A DNA stretch of 61,910 nucleotides, filler included, from Catajapyx aquilonaris (GCA_000934665.2; 2 parts of 2 records of this genome joined end to end with filler, not necessarily neighbours in it); one strand, 5' to 3'; counted from the first letter of the whole stretch, positions 38,070 to 51,503 are shown. Numbers and translations are program-made. Notes: generated by a model not told the origin, from the sequence alone.

Positions 38070-38960
38070 CTTGATCCCAACCAATCAGTAACTGTTATCC
38101 TAAAAAGAGTATAGAGTAAATGCAATGTCTTGTAGACAATATTTCAAAAGGTGGTAGAGCACTGCACTGGTAAGGTTGAGCCTTAGGTAGGGTAGGGAAT
38201 GACGCCTCTCGTTGTTCACCACAGCAACTAATCTAACCCACGCTCACCCTTCTTCTGCCCCTCCTCCTTCTGCCCAACCCCACCCCCTCCGAAAACAAGT
38301 TTGGAAAATTTTGCGGTTGGAAGAAAGAGAAAGGGTCGACTGATAAGACAGGGTGAGTAATCCTGCACCGAAATATGCGCAGGTCAAAGGGGGTATACAT
38401 GCAGGAAAAAGCCGCTTCAAACCGATATGATGCGTGTATAGGTCAAGGGTAGCTCAAATGAATGCGGCGACTGGCTGAGAAGCTCGGTTTGATGTGGATT
38501 TTCACAAGTTAAAATAATTATTATGCCAGAAATGCGAATCCGTAACCTGCTCACCTTTCTGAACAGCCTCTAACGGGCTTCCCCGTAATGCAGCTCATGG
38601 AGCCAAAATAATAAAAAGCCCAAATAAAAACAATCTAACTTTGCTTGCTCCTCCTATCGCGATTTTTGCAAGTCAAACACATGGCAAAATTATTATTGAG
38701 AATTTGAAATGCGATCTTAGCAAAACCCGAATCGATGTAATGATGATTGTGTACCAGCTAGGCAGTTGCCGTAGCGATCACCGCGACTACGAAAGTCGAA
38801 CTTTCTTTTTTTTTTTTTGACAGAGACTGGCTTAGCACACACAATCACTGAAAACGCGAGTTATCTGCTGTAGGCCTACCAATACTGAGGACTGAATACT
38901 GTTTAGTTCAAAAATGACAAAAATGTCAGTTATCATGTTTTTCCACCACATCCCTCATTT

Positions 38961-40111
38961 CAACTACGCACGGAGGTAACAACAGTTATCTTCAACCACC
39001 TGTGTCTACAAGACCTGGCACTTGGGGCTGGTCTGGTGTGTGCAAAGTGGAACAGGGTGGCAAAGGATGCCTCACTGTGGAAGCAGCCGTTATGGATGTA
39101 CACTATAACCACTTCACTCTGGAGAGAGTTGGGGAGCTCATCACATGCATGCCCCAGCTGAAGAAGGTGAGACTGCTGGGATGGATTGATGAAATGGAAG
39201 TGGACCAAGTCCTGACACTACTTGCAGACTCTTGCCCTGGATTGGAATCGCTGGCTCTTCCGGAAAGCTGGGTTGGTTCCTGCTCGGGTCTTGAGCATGT
39301 GGCCCGAAGGTGAGTTGACCTTGTGACTTAGTAGACTTACAACACCTTCATTGATGTTATGGGCCAATTACATTTCTGATTGATCCCCTCCATTTGTCAC
39401 AGGTGCAAGAAAATTAAGAGTCTGAAAATGACTCGTCTGTTCATCACGGCTGATATGCCCCATCCCTTGGATGTGTTTGCACGAAGCTCAACACTTGAGA
39501 AGATCACTGTAAAATTCGAAAATCCATACGCTGATCCCCTGCCTCATCTAGACAATGCCATAGAACGGAATTGGCCTAAACTGACATCCTTTAAAATGGA
39601 TTATTCCAGATTTTGTGACCAAGAATTACAGGCTGTGTGCGCCGCTTCTGCAGGACATCTTAGGAAGCTCTGGTTTACTCGCTTGTTTCATCCAGGTTCA
39701 TTCCAGCTTCTCAACCAGTGCTTCCAACTGGAAGAGTTGATACTGGAACTGAAAGATAATGTACAATTACGCCATCTCAAGGAAGGCATCAGCCAGCTGA
39801 GAAACCTCCGCTGCCTGTAGGTGGACAACGAGTTTGTCAAGATCACAGCAGATGAAGTCATCTCATTTTTCTCAGCCAAACTAGTGATGGAGAAGCTGGA
39901 GTGTTTTGTACTGGTCTGTTCTGACTATATAGATGACCACTGCTTGTCTGTCATTGCGTCCAACTGTTCCCAGTTGACCAGCATTTCCTTGCCTCTCTGC
40001 GCCATTGTCACCAAGAATGGACTGGCCAGCCTCTTTTCAAAATGCCAAAAACTCGAATCAGTTTATGTAAATGGAGTCGAGTACACTTCTCTAAACCAGA
40101 TCAAAGAGTGA
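38961..40111 (+). pseudogene. F-box/LRR pseudogene
   Basis: F-box IFNHLCLQDLALGAGLVCAKWNRVAKDASLWK, then a frameshift at ~39082-39090; intron 39310-39402; LRR exon interrupted by TAG at 39818-39820 where the paralogue has Lys; clearly paralogous to 50260-51503. Confidence 0.85.
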
Positions 40112-41683
40112 GATGATCACTCTCCCCATATGTTGCCACCTGAAAGGTCAGTGCTGTGTAGTCGTGAAAGAGCACATGTTTTCGTAAAAGTTTTTTTTTC
40201 AGTCGTACGTTTTTTATTATTTAAATGGTGGTTATTTGCAAGCATTAGCGAACCCTGCGGACAATGCAGCACCTACTCATTCCTTAGTTGATTTTTGGCA
40301 TCCACATGTGGGCTGCTTCTTTGCTTCTGATGATTTTGCTTATCTTGTTTCTGCCGGAGTGAACAGTCTGTATATTCTGTCGCTGCCCTCCTTTTAAACC
40401 AGGGATTTGAGCACTGCCCTGTTACATGTGGAGTTCATTCCACTGCATTATTGCTAGCAACTTTTTTTTGTAAAGAGTTTTTTGTAAAGAGTTGCAATGT
40501 CTGAGTTTTTTTCTTTACAAAAATGATTATCAAAGTAGTCCGTGAATGGTACAGAAGTTGCGATATGTCGACATGATGCCCGATGTCTCATTTCCACTCA
40601 ATGTTGCCGCATTCCCTTGTTATTTAGGATCCAAGACTCCGGTGTTCACCGCTGGCACAGCGTCGACCACTGCACTGGTGACACACCTACCTTACATTGA
40701 ACTTTCTCCAAATGCAATTAAAGTACTTTTAAAAAGACAACAGCTTCCATTTATAAACCCTTTATTTAATATGATACACAGTACAATCATACAAATAAAC
40801 CCTAATTAATTTCCCAACACCACATCCCAAGTGTCTACTCTAGTGTGCTTCTCAAATGCACAGGTCAGATCTCACATCAAGGTCACTTCATCCTGACTCC
40901 TTTCCCATGAGTCTGTTTCCCATTCCCCAGTTTCTACAACACTCTTTCGACACAAAATACCACATCCTGCCTCTGTGGGTATCCCTCACTGTCTGCACAT
41001 CCAAACTGCTTATCAAGACCTTAAAAGGCCCCAACTATTTTGCCTACACTACGCTACTAGTTCACAAATTAGGCAGCAAGATCCTTAATCAATGGCACAA
41101 TGGGTTCCAAGTGGGTTGCAGAGTTAAGAGTAGTAGGCCTATCACAATTCAGTTACTTTGTTGATATGGGGTGTGATTTACCCTAGGCTTTACCATTACC
41201 TCTTACTGATCACTTATATATAAGGTGGGATAAATATGACGCAGGCCTTGCATATAGCCTCTCCATGGACATTCACAGTCTGCAGACAGTCGTCTCCACA
41301 AAGAAAAGGGGGCCTTACCAGATCTCTGTCAGAGTAATCCCATGCCCACACTGGCACACAGACCAGCATACATCGTCATCCCCTTTGCTGGACAACGGTG
41401 GGGCAAGATTACTTCGCTTTGGGTCTATTCTACATTGAATCCATTCCACTGGCAATAAAGTCAGTTCCCCCATCTCCAGCCCTCCTGCTGTTTGGAATCC
41501 CTGACAGCTCACATCTAATGTGTACCTGTCTTTCCTTTGACTTCTTCCTTCCTCTTACTCCTCCATTCAGGATGCCCCCAAAGCCTTTCACAAAACCAAC
41601 ATGGTGTTTATAGATAACGTGACTAATGCAGTGCCTGTGTAAATGGGGGGGGGGGGGGGGCCTTNCTTACACAGCTTTAATAA

Positions 41684-44600
41684 CTACATGACTTTTCCTC
41701 TGCATGCATTCTCACAAGTCAGATGCTTATTCAAACTTCTCGACTGACTGAACCTTTTCCTGCAAATCTGGCAACCATATGGCTTCTCCCCTGTGTGGGT
41801 TCTCATATGTCTATTCAAATCTCCTGAACTACTAAACTTTCTCTCACAAACCTCGCAACTGAATGGCTTCTCCCCTGTGTGGGTTCTCATATGTCTATGA
41901 AAACTGTCTGACCGACTAAACTTTCTCTCACAAACCTTGCAACCATATGGCTTCTCCCCTGTGTGGGTTTTCATGTGTGAATTCAAACTTCCTGAGTGAC
42001 TAAACTTTCTCTCACACACCTTGCAGCTGAATGGCTTCTCCTCCGTGTGGGTCTTCATGTGTGTATTCAAATTTCCTGACAGACTGAACTTTCTTTCACA
42101 AACGTCGCAACTGAATGGCTTCTCCCCTGTGTGGGTCTTCATGTGGTCATACAAATGTCCTGACTGACTAAACTTTCTCTCACAAAAGTCGCAACTGAAT
42201 GGCTTCTCCCCAGAATGGATTCTCACGTGCCGCATCAACCTACTTGGGTAAATAAACTTCCTCTTGCAAATCTGACAACCATTACCCCCAAAGAGTCTCC
42301 CTTTGTGCATGTCTTTCTGGATTCCATTCCTCATCTTCTTTCCAGAAGCTTTTCCCTGAAATTAATGACACTTGATAAATGCAGGTGTATTTGAAAAGAG
42401 AGCTTTGGACTCAGTATGTTCGCCTTGAAATATTGCCGTAGTTATTCAGGCAGTCTATGTGAAACAGCTCACCTTCTTTCTCTCTTTCATCATCCATTTT
42501 CATGTTTGGTGTACATGTAATAGGTCTATTAATCAAAAGGTATCTCTGTACCAACCAGTTAGATGCACGCTTACAGGGACAGACGATGTTGTCAATTCCA
42601 TGTGCCAAGGATAATTAATTTGTAAATATGACCCATCCAATACAGGATGTTTCACTAATAAGTAGTCCCCCCCCCCCCCNCCCTAAGAATCACCTATATT
42701 TTTCTTCCCACTCCACCTAAAAACATGATGTTTGGTTTAACCTTGCAGCAGCAAGTGGCAGGTTTAACCTTGCCTCCGAATCAGTCATGGCAGCAGTCAT
42801 ACCCACAGTCATCGGGCAGTCCCACCGCCTCGCAAAGCGAGTCCAGTATACAGGGTGCGGAAATTTAATCTACCGTCGCTTTGGGAAATGATCGGGGGGT
42901 TCTAGGCGATCACTCTGAGTTTATACACATGGGTCTCCGACGCATACTTACAGAGAAAATGTGCTTCAAACACAAGGTATAAAATATCTTGGCAGGTATG
43001 CGTCACTCCACACAACCTTATCTTCTTCATTTAAATTTAAGGTGTTACCATGTTATTTAATTTCAATTTACGATCTTGTTAGGTGTAGCAGGGAATGATT
43101 TCCTAGGCGATGGAAGTGTCGTAAGCAGTATCCGAAACCTATGAGTATAAGCTGAGATAATGCACTTTTTATTTAATGCAAATAACTCTCCCATTCACAT
43201 AACGTCATAAGTCCGAACATTTTTGGATATCCATACGCCCGAAAGTAGTGCCTCCCATGCAGGGTCCTACCGCTCCCCACAACAATGCATACTGTATTAG
43301 TTCACTGCCCATAACAGTACTGACCACCACATAGGCACATAATAAATTATGATGCAAGCATAGGCCATCATATTGTAAATATTTGGAGGCAATACATTCC
43401 TCTCCAACCACATCGCTTCATTTCCAGCCAGTTTGACAAGTAACGCAGGGGTAGTCCCAAGTGAAAACTTTTACAAAAATTTTAATTAACTTGACATACC
43501 CAGGTCACAGGGTCACGATAATTTTCCTTCCATAGGTTGACACATTATTCTGAGGAAGTGACCTTGCCTTGCTATGATCTTTGACCTACTGATGAAGACT
43601 TCCTTGATTTCTCATCCAAGGAATGTGAATTTAAGTATCACACTTGGTAGGCCTACTGTTATTATTACCACCACAATCATCAAACAGATGAAAGGGGACG
43701 AAGAAAGTGGTACCCTAAGCAAAGAAATAATGAAAAATGCGTAAGTGCCTATCCTATTTCTTATCACAATGTCAAGAAAAATGATCACAGTTCATTGCAA
43801 AGCACCTCATACACACAATATCTAACAAAAATATGCCATACTCCACATGGCTGGCACTAAATCCTTTCCCAACAAATTACTGGCAGTAATTAAAGGTGAT
43901 TAGATCTCAGGTGACATGAGTTACATCTGCCCTTTGCCAGAGAGATTTACCTGGAGACAACGTGGTTTTATGTGGTTTGCAACCTAACTCTGATACCTTT
44001 CACATACTGTATAACATAAAAATATATGCTAAACAAAGCAGTGAGACGCTACAGCTCTTCACTCACAGCAAAGAAGAGCCACAATCTCCCAACAAGTGAG
44101 GTCACTGGTCCTATTTCAATTGGTCAATGCACAGATCCAACAACATAAATGACCAATACAACGAACATTGGTGTGTTTTGGCATAACCAACCTTATGAAA
44201 AATGTAACAAAGATTGCTTGAAAAAAAATTCACTCAATCTTATTAATGGAAACCTCTCTACATAGGAAGCCCTAGCTAAAATTTATAAACAGTGCAAGGA
44301 TTTGGTTTGTGGCCAAATTGGAGTGGGGGGCATTTATCCTACTGTGTACTGGAGTGCCGCTTGGTGGCGTGAGTCTTGTAGGCTATTGAAGGAAGGGAGG
44401 GCATCAGGCCCGGCCTCTCCCCTGTCTGGTCTTGGTTTTAACAACACAGTGTTTTACCCTCTACCTGACTGGTTATTTCGTAATCCTTGAGCTAGCCTGG
44501 TCCAGGGGACCAGGTTAGGGGTACCTCACAACAGATTTATTATGTTACCTGAAGCTGAGGAGTGATGTGCTTCTTCAGCATGTGCCTCTCCAGGTCCCTC

Positions 44601-46842
44601 TTTGTGGCAAAGGCACTGTTGCAATCATCACAGTAGAGAAGCTGATACAGCAGGACGAAGGGTTCCAATACCTGCAACTAGAACATGAAAATTGACTTGA
44701 CATAATATAATTATTAATGAGCAACCAGTGTAGAATGTACCGCTTGGTTTGCATCACTCTGTCTAAGGGCCAGTTGCTCCGGCCTCAGTATATCTTAGAA
44801 CCTCGGGTATAACAAGAATTGCCATAGCAATCATTGTTGGTCAACAATGATTGCTATGGCAATAATTCTTGTTATACCCGAGGTTCTAAGTTATACTGAC
44901 GCCGGTGCAACTGGCCCTAATTTAACCTGGTCTATTTTAGATGAAGGTCAACCAACATGCAATTGGGATGGCGGGGTGGTGCTGATGTAACGTATGAACC
45001 CAGGCATTCCCCCCTTCATCTGTGCAGAGTTCGGGGTCATCTCTGGCTTCGTCTCGGGTGGGATTTCCGCTAACTAACCACAAAATGAGTTCACAAAATG
45101 ACCATAGCAACGACATTGCACTGCAGCTTGCACATCCCCTCCAAGTCACCCTGCCCTCAGACCAGGGTGCTTCGCAGAAAGGTTCAGTTTGTACTGTATA
45201 ATAACAAAGTTGGTTTATGTTGTTTAAAACTGTTGGTTTTTTAGATCACTTTTGGCACCCCAGTTTTCACCCCATTATGTGAACATGTCCAATCTGCTTT
45301 CTCACCTGCTCTTGCCTTCCTCCATCTCCACTCCCACCAGCTGCCTCCTCCTCCCTGGCTGGATCATGCCTCCCTCTGCCCTCCTCTTCTGCTGCGCCAG
45401 GGTCACTTATTATGTCCTGCATGCTGTTGCCCTCCTCCTCCCCTGGCTCCTCCTTGATCCTCATGGGACCCCTTCCTTTCCAACATTCCCTGACCTTCTC
45501 CTCCTGCTTCTTGGTGAAACTGATTGTGGCCGGCTCCACTGGCTCCTCCTCGACCTCCACCTTGACTCTGTCCCACTTGGAGTGAGTGAAGCTGTGCGCC
45601 AACAGGTCAATCTTCCTCTTGAACACCATGTTGGGGCAGCATGGGCATTGGAATCTTCCCAATTCCCTCATGCCCATGGCTGATGGCATGGGTGTCTCCT
45701 TTGTCCTGTTCTTCAACTGTTGCACATCTCCCTGGAAAAGAAAAGGCAATCCAGTGTCACACCAACCACAACCAGAGCAGTTCCCACCCAAATGTGCAAG
45801 TGGGCTGGCCATATTCCAAGTCTACACCTGTAACTGGTAGTGAATTGTTATCACAGAATGAGCGGCCATAGCAAGCCCCCGTTCACCCCCTGCCTTTCTG
45901 TTTTTATATTGGCACTAGCAGCGGTACCTGTTCTTCACATGGGGAAAATAAGAGCGTGAAGATTTACACCGAGATCTTCTCAAGCAATATTAAATACAAA
46001 ACTGGCCAAAGATCAATTCGCTGTGGTCTCTTTGTGTTGTGTGCCCATTGTGTTTGTCATCTGTATGGCTTTGGGGTGACCACACCAGTACTGTCTGTCT
46101 TGTGGCTCTGCCAGGCATGGTATGTCGTATTGCGTGATTGTTTTAGTTAATTGTGAGCTTTATCGAGCTGGTCTCTTACTATTGTGGGGTTGTGTATCCT
46201 CAACATTACTGCCCATCTTGTGGCACCGCAGGCCAACGAAAGTTATTGTGGCTTTACCACGCTCCCAGTTCGCGCTTATTCATCATTACTTGTGCTCTCA
46301 CATTCAGTGGCTTTGTCATTTTGAACGATTTGGTGATGCAAGGAGGAAGCATCTGGACGACTAGATATCTTCCATTGGATCACCAATATGTTGCGAAATG
46401 CAAGTGGCGACCGCTAATTTCGAACCCTGACTTAACCAGTCAAGTTCCGTGCTTCAAGGTGAATCCAATGCAAGTGGTTGATCCACATTATTCCCATATG
46501 ATTTTATTCTGCAGTATTTGGTCTGGATTTATCAGTGATAACATTAGACCACAGCACTTACAGGATAGAGCCGGTTGTGCTATTATAATGCAACTCGACA
46601 CTATTCTTAGTGCAGATCCTTACGCACATTGTTAACTGAGCATGTCCACTCTGCATTCTCACCTGGTTCTGCCTTCCTCCATCTCCGTCGCTTCCACGCC
46701 CTGCCTCCTCCTCCCTACGTGGTGGATGACCATTATTGTCCTGGCTGCTGTTGCCCTCCTCCTCCTCTGGCTCCACCTTGACCATCATCCTGACTCCACG
46801 GGCACTTCTTCCTAAGGGTTCCGCTCTAACTCTTGGATATGT
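41684..46842 (-). CDS. C2H2 zinc-finger protein ZF-A (two isolated fingers + 7-finger array)
   Basis: Phase-0 exons 46663-46842 (MMVKVEPEEE), 45306-45731 (RFQCPCCPNMVFKRKIDLLAHSFTH), 44549-44671 (YCDDCNSAFATKRDLERHMLKKH; frame not in ORF track) and 41684-42355 (7 fingers, last CCHC-like). Start codon uncertain. Confidence 0.85.
44767..44917. mobile_element. PIF/Harbinger-like palindromic MITE
   Basis: Almost entirely self-complementary (GGGCCAGTTGC...GCAACTGGCCC), TAA on both sides; absent from copy B. Confidence 0.85.
45033..45182 (+). repeat. dispersed ~150-bp repeat (also 58437-58585 direct, 59561-59708 inverted)
   Basis: Shared core CTCTGGCTTCGTCTCGGGTGG...GAGTTCAC...CTTGCACATC(C/T)CCTCC. 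Confidence 0.75.
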
Positions 46843-48191
46843 CTGGAACAAGAAGAAGTGGATGAGACCAGTCTGATTCCCTCTCTCTCTTCATGCCTCC
46901 CTTCAACTCACCCTTCCTCTCCCTCCAAACAATGGCCCAACAATGATGAGTCCCCAGCCAGACCAAGCAACAATCCCTTCCCAACAAGGCCTCAACCGAT
47001 TGACTGCCCCACAGACAACCACCACTTCCTCCTTCCCATTCAGTCAGACCAATCACCCACATAGTTCCCCTTCCCTCCGCCATGTGGGGCCTTTATAATG
47101 TAAAAATGCGATTTTCTATGTTTGGGTACAAAAAATTTCCCAAAATGCCACCCCACATTTTTTAATTTCGTTGAAAATTGGCACACGAGGTTCCACCCAC
47201 TACACTAGTGTAATGCGCGATGTTCGGGCGCCTGGGACCATCGGGTCACGTGTGAGGTCAAGGGGGAAAAATTGAAGATATAAAAAAAAACGTCACTCTA
47301 TTTCGCTTCATATCTCAGTACCTATTTGTTCTATCGCAATGGTTCATTTGTCATTCGAATCCAAATGATCGGGGGGATTCATAAAACATGAAATAAAATA
47401 TTTATTTTAAATAATTAGGCAAAGTATTTGAGAGGTCAAATATTTGACCTTTTGACCTGGACAGTCTGACAGCATGTACGAGTCTGATATTTAGTACAGT
47501 GTAACAGAGCGCCATTACGGACATTTTTCTGAAAGATTTGGAATCCGTATAATTTTTGGTTCCGAGAAAAAAATTCTGGAACAGAAGGTATATGTAGGCC
47601 TACTATATTTTCCAACAATTGACCTAACATCCGGCTAATACGGCACCAGCGGTGATCCGCCAAAATCACCAAAATCACTTCCATGTACATAGCAGCATGG
47701 ACGACTTCCGAAGCACTTGAGTTGTTGAAAAATATGACATCAGTTCGATGTATACCCGCGAGCATAAAGATGGAGACGGCAGGCCCTCACCTTATTAATA
47801 ATTATTACCTACGTATGAGACACATGGTGTCGGGTGGTCCACAAAAAGCGGAGATCTGCAGGGCTCAAGAGTGCCGGAACGTGGCGTCAACCATCACAGG
47901 CCGCAGGCCTAGAAAAAAGCGACCGAAGCGAGGGTTTTTCTAGATGTCTTTTTAAACCACAACGTTTGGCTGTGCATCTGATTTAAATATTACATAACAC
48001 AACACATCGTTACAGAATCCTTGAATATAATTGCTTCAAGACTGGTTAGATATGGGATTGATGCAGAGCAGTGGAACGAAGCGGAAATCTTTATAATTTA
48101 TATATATTTTTTTTAAACAAGTCCTGCGATGCATACATGAGATAAGCTTCCTGCATAATATTATTTAGTCTTGTTGTAGCTGCAATTAGCC

Positions 48192-49828
48192 ATGGACGTA
48201 CTGAAGTCGTTCCTAATTGTAGCGACGCTCATACTTGGGACGGACGCCTTCAGATTGTTTAATTTTCCAGTCTATGAAGGCAATGACATTGTGAGTACTG
48301 CATGTTGGTAACAGACTCTTGGTCGTTGCCACTTTGTATGCGGTTTCTTGCTGTTTACTTCAACAAGTGCGGGTATGTCCGAGCAAAAGGCTACCCATGC
48401 GAAGACCACAAAGTGACAACACCCGATGGGTACATCCTGTCGCTCCACCGCATACCACACGGTGCATCACCCTCCAACAACACCAGGAGACCACCAGTCA
48501 TCTTAACACATGGACTGGCAATTTCAGTCATAATTTATCTGATTGGACCACCTTCAAGAGGATTAGGTAATAGTAATAAAAAGGTCATAACACGTTTTTC
48601 AATTTTTCGTCTTCTGTCATTTTAAAGGTTACATCCTGCCGGATGCTGGATTCGACCTCTGGCTGTTTAGCCAAAGAGGAACTCCTCACTCCAGAAGACA
48701 CGTGAAGATGACTGCACAGCAACCCGGATTTTGGGATTTTGGCCATGACGAGATGTCGAGTGTTGACCTTCCAGCTGTCGTAGACTACATACTGGACGCA
48801 AGACTGGTCAGCAGAAGGTGGGCTACATTGGACACTCCTTGGGAGGTCACCTACTGTTAGAGACCTTGTCCGGAAGACCAGAGTACAACACGAAGGTCTT
48901 CCTGGGCATCACGATGGCAACTGCCACCTCTTTGATCCATGCCAATGCGCCTCTTTACCAAATTATGCCGCCTTCATCGGTTATGAATGATCTGGCTGTG
49001 AGTATGAAATGAAATTTGTTCCTAACTATATACTCGTACTGTATAATCATCTACAAATGCTCAACTAGGTGTCTTCCGCAGCATCACTTTAATAATATCA
49101 TTGAACGTGTACTTTCATGATTTTTAAGGATCTGATGATGAGCTTGGGAATCACGAGCATAGGATACCCGTTTCCTGATGCCATGTATGATGTGGTTCAG
49201 TCATTTTGCCAATTCAACCGCTACACCACCTTCATCTGCATATCCCTGGCTGGTGTTGTCCTCGGTTTCGACATGGATGAAGTCGACATGGCAAGTAACA
49301 TATCTAATTGGTGCACAACCATTATAACATGATTCTCTGTCACTCCTTCACCAGAAAAAATTCGAAGAAATTCTGTTGTACTCTCCATCTGCTGCTTCAT
49401 TTCGCACTGGGCTGCATTACATACAGTGGAAGGAGAGCGGCTTGTTTCGACGGTACGACTTCGGACCTGAGGAGAACCTCCGCCGGTACAACTCGGCATC
49501 ACCGCCTCTGTACAACCTGGGGAACATAACAGCTCCCGTGGCCATGTTTTGGGGGCTCAACGATTGGTTGGCACATCCAAAGGTCATCACTCTCTTCTTG
49601 TGTGGGATGAAAAGCATTTCATTTCATTAACTATACATATTTATTGTTGCTTAGGACATGAAGACTACGCCGGATCAGTTGCCCAACCTTGTTGGGTCAT
49701 TCCAGGTCAAGTGGCCTCTTTTCACCCATTTCGACTTTGTCATGGCCAGAAACGTCGTTCCCTTGCTTTACGACGATGTGGTTAAACTTTTGCGACAGTA
49801 CAGCGGAATAAATTCCATCATCAATTAG
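48192..49828 (+). pseudogene. acid/gastric lipase family (lipase 3-like) gene with frameshift before the nucleophile elbow
   Basis: Exons 48192-48290 (signal peptide), 48368-48566 (GYPCEDHKVTTPDGYILSLHRIP, PPVILTHGL), 48628-48997 (DAGFDLWL, FWDF, DLPAVVDYIL, frameshift ~48797-48801, YIGHSLG), 49129-49290 (GC donor), 49355-49582 (NDWLA), 49655-49828 (HFDF). Confidence 0.88.
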
Positions 49829-49963
49829 TTTCATACATTTGTATACCAAATAAACTGATGTATTCCTCCGAGATTTTGATGTCACATTTTTCATATTTTT
49901 CATATTTTATCTTTGTACTGCACAAGGGCCCGTAAAGCCCAGCAGGTACTGTACATTAAAATT

Positions 49964-49968
<5 letters not shown>

Positions 49969-50034
<66 letters not shown>
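49969..50034. repeat. (ATT)n microsatellite
   Basis: About 21 perfect ATT units. Confidence 0.95.
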
Positions 50035-50259
50035 GATTTTATGTTTGTCAAATTCCTTGCTTAATTTCTCATCCGTATCCTTGCACCTGACTGGGAGCCA
50101 CCGTCCGTCTGGTGTCGCCTTCTACCCTCTCTAGTCACTTGCAGATGCGCAGTTCCACAGAAGCTGGCCAGTCCACACTTGTTGACCATCAGAGAGTGAG
50201 ATTGTCCCTTTTGTTGTTCATTCCTCTATAGAAGACTTTGCAGCACTTGGGGAGGAACA

Positions 50260-51503
50260 ATGGAGACGAGGAGCATGAAGAGGAGGAGGAGGCTCATCAG
50301 GGAGATGGAAGACGAGAGTAGGAAGGTGACCAATCAAGAGAGGCTCAGCCTCATTATTGGAATTTAATCCTACAGCGATTGACCATGCAACCATTTCTAG
50401 GTGGATGAATGGGCTGCTCTTCCTGACGAACTGCTGCTCAAGATCTTCAAGCATCTGGGCCAAGAAGATCTGCTGCTTGGGGCAGGTCTAGTGTGTACAA
50501 AGTGGAACAAGGTGGCGAAGGACGCATCACTGTGGAAGGAAGTTGAGCTGCACGGGGGATATGTAACTCTTGAGAGGGCAATGGAGCTCATTCCAACCAT
50601 GACACAGCTGAAAAGGGTGCGACTGGTCAATTGGAATACACCTGAGATCCATCCGGTCTTGTCACTCGTTGCAGACTTGTGCCCAGGATTGGAATTGTTG
50701 GGTCTTAACAATTGCACCTTTCATTCAAGCCAGGGTCTTGAACATGTGGCCCACACGTGAGTTCACCCTGTTAGTTACCAAGACGTCACTCTGATTGATC
50801 CCTTTCCATTTTTCGCAGGTGCAAAGAAATTAAGGATCTGAACATGATGTTTGTGGACATAATGGATGATTGCCGACATCCCTTGGATGTGTTTGCACAG
50901 AGTCCTAACCTTGAGATGATGACTCTAGGAATTTGGGATTCTCACCTCGTCAGATCTCACGACACCATAAGAAGCTGGTGTAAACTGACTGATGTTCGAT
51001 TGTACAGCTACAATCGTTCTTGTGATGAGGAGTTACGTGCTGTGTGTTCTGGTGCTGCAAAACAACTTCGCAAACTCAGCGTTGATAGGGTGGATCGTCG
51101 CGAGTCATACCAACTTCTCAACCAGTTCTCCCAACTGGAAGATTTGGACCTGACATGTCGCTTTCGCATTCTTGAAGAGGGGGTTAGCCAGCTGAGGAAT
51201 CTCTGCCGCCTGAAAGTGAAAATCCAGGAATATGCCACATCAGATGAAATCATATCTTTTTTCTCAGCCAAACTAGTGGTTGAGAAACTGGAGTCCCTTG
51301 AACTGTATAATTTCTATGCACTAAATGACCAGTGCATGTCTGTCATTGCGTCCAACTGTCCCCGACTGACCCACATTTCCTTGCCTTTCAGCCCCCAAGC
51401 CACCAAGAATGTTCTGGTCAACCTCTTTACAAAATGTCAAAATCTCCAGTCAGTAACACTACGTTCAGTCACGTACACTTCTCTGAGCCAAGTCACAGTG
51501 TGA
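50260..51503 (+). CDS. F-box/LRR-repeat protein (apparently intact)
   Basis: Exons 50260-50325 (METRSMKRRRRLIREMEDESRK, NLS-like), 50401-50756 (F-box WAALPDELLLKIFKHLGQEDLLLGAGLVCTKWNKVAKDASLWK) and 50819-51503 (LRRs, e.g. IASNCPRLTHISL). Confidence 0.9.

Larger units (their letters stand above)
40533..47081. repeat. segmental duplication copy A (paralogous to 54902-61141)
   Basis: Colinear high similarity in 3' UTR, introns and exons, from AAGTAG(T/C)CCGTGAATGGTACA to ATAGTTCCCCTTCCCTCCGCC. Confidence 0.95.

Noticed and set aside
41700..42290. 84-bp periodic repeats as a CRISPR-like array
   Set aside because: They are coding C2H2 finger units in a eukaryotic gene.
43588..43630. CTGATGA as a hammerhead ribozyme core
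   Set aside because: No properly placed GAAA or closing stems.
46153..46635. 160-aa + strand ORF with CxxC
   Set aside because: Intronic, disrupted in copy B, no recognisable domain.
47082..47960. Possible transposon at the copy A breakpoint
   Set aside because: Looks repeat-like, but no matching second terminus or TSD was found.
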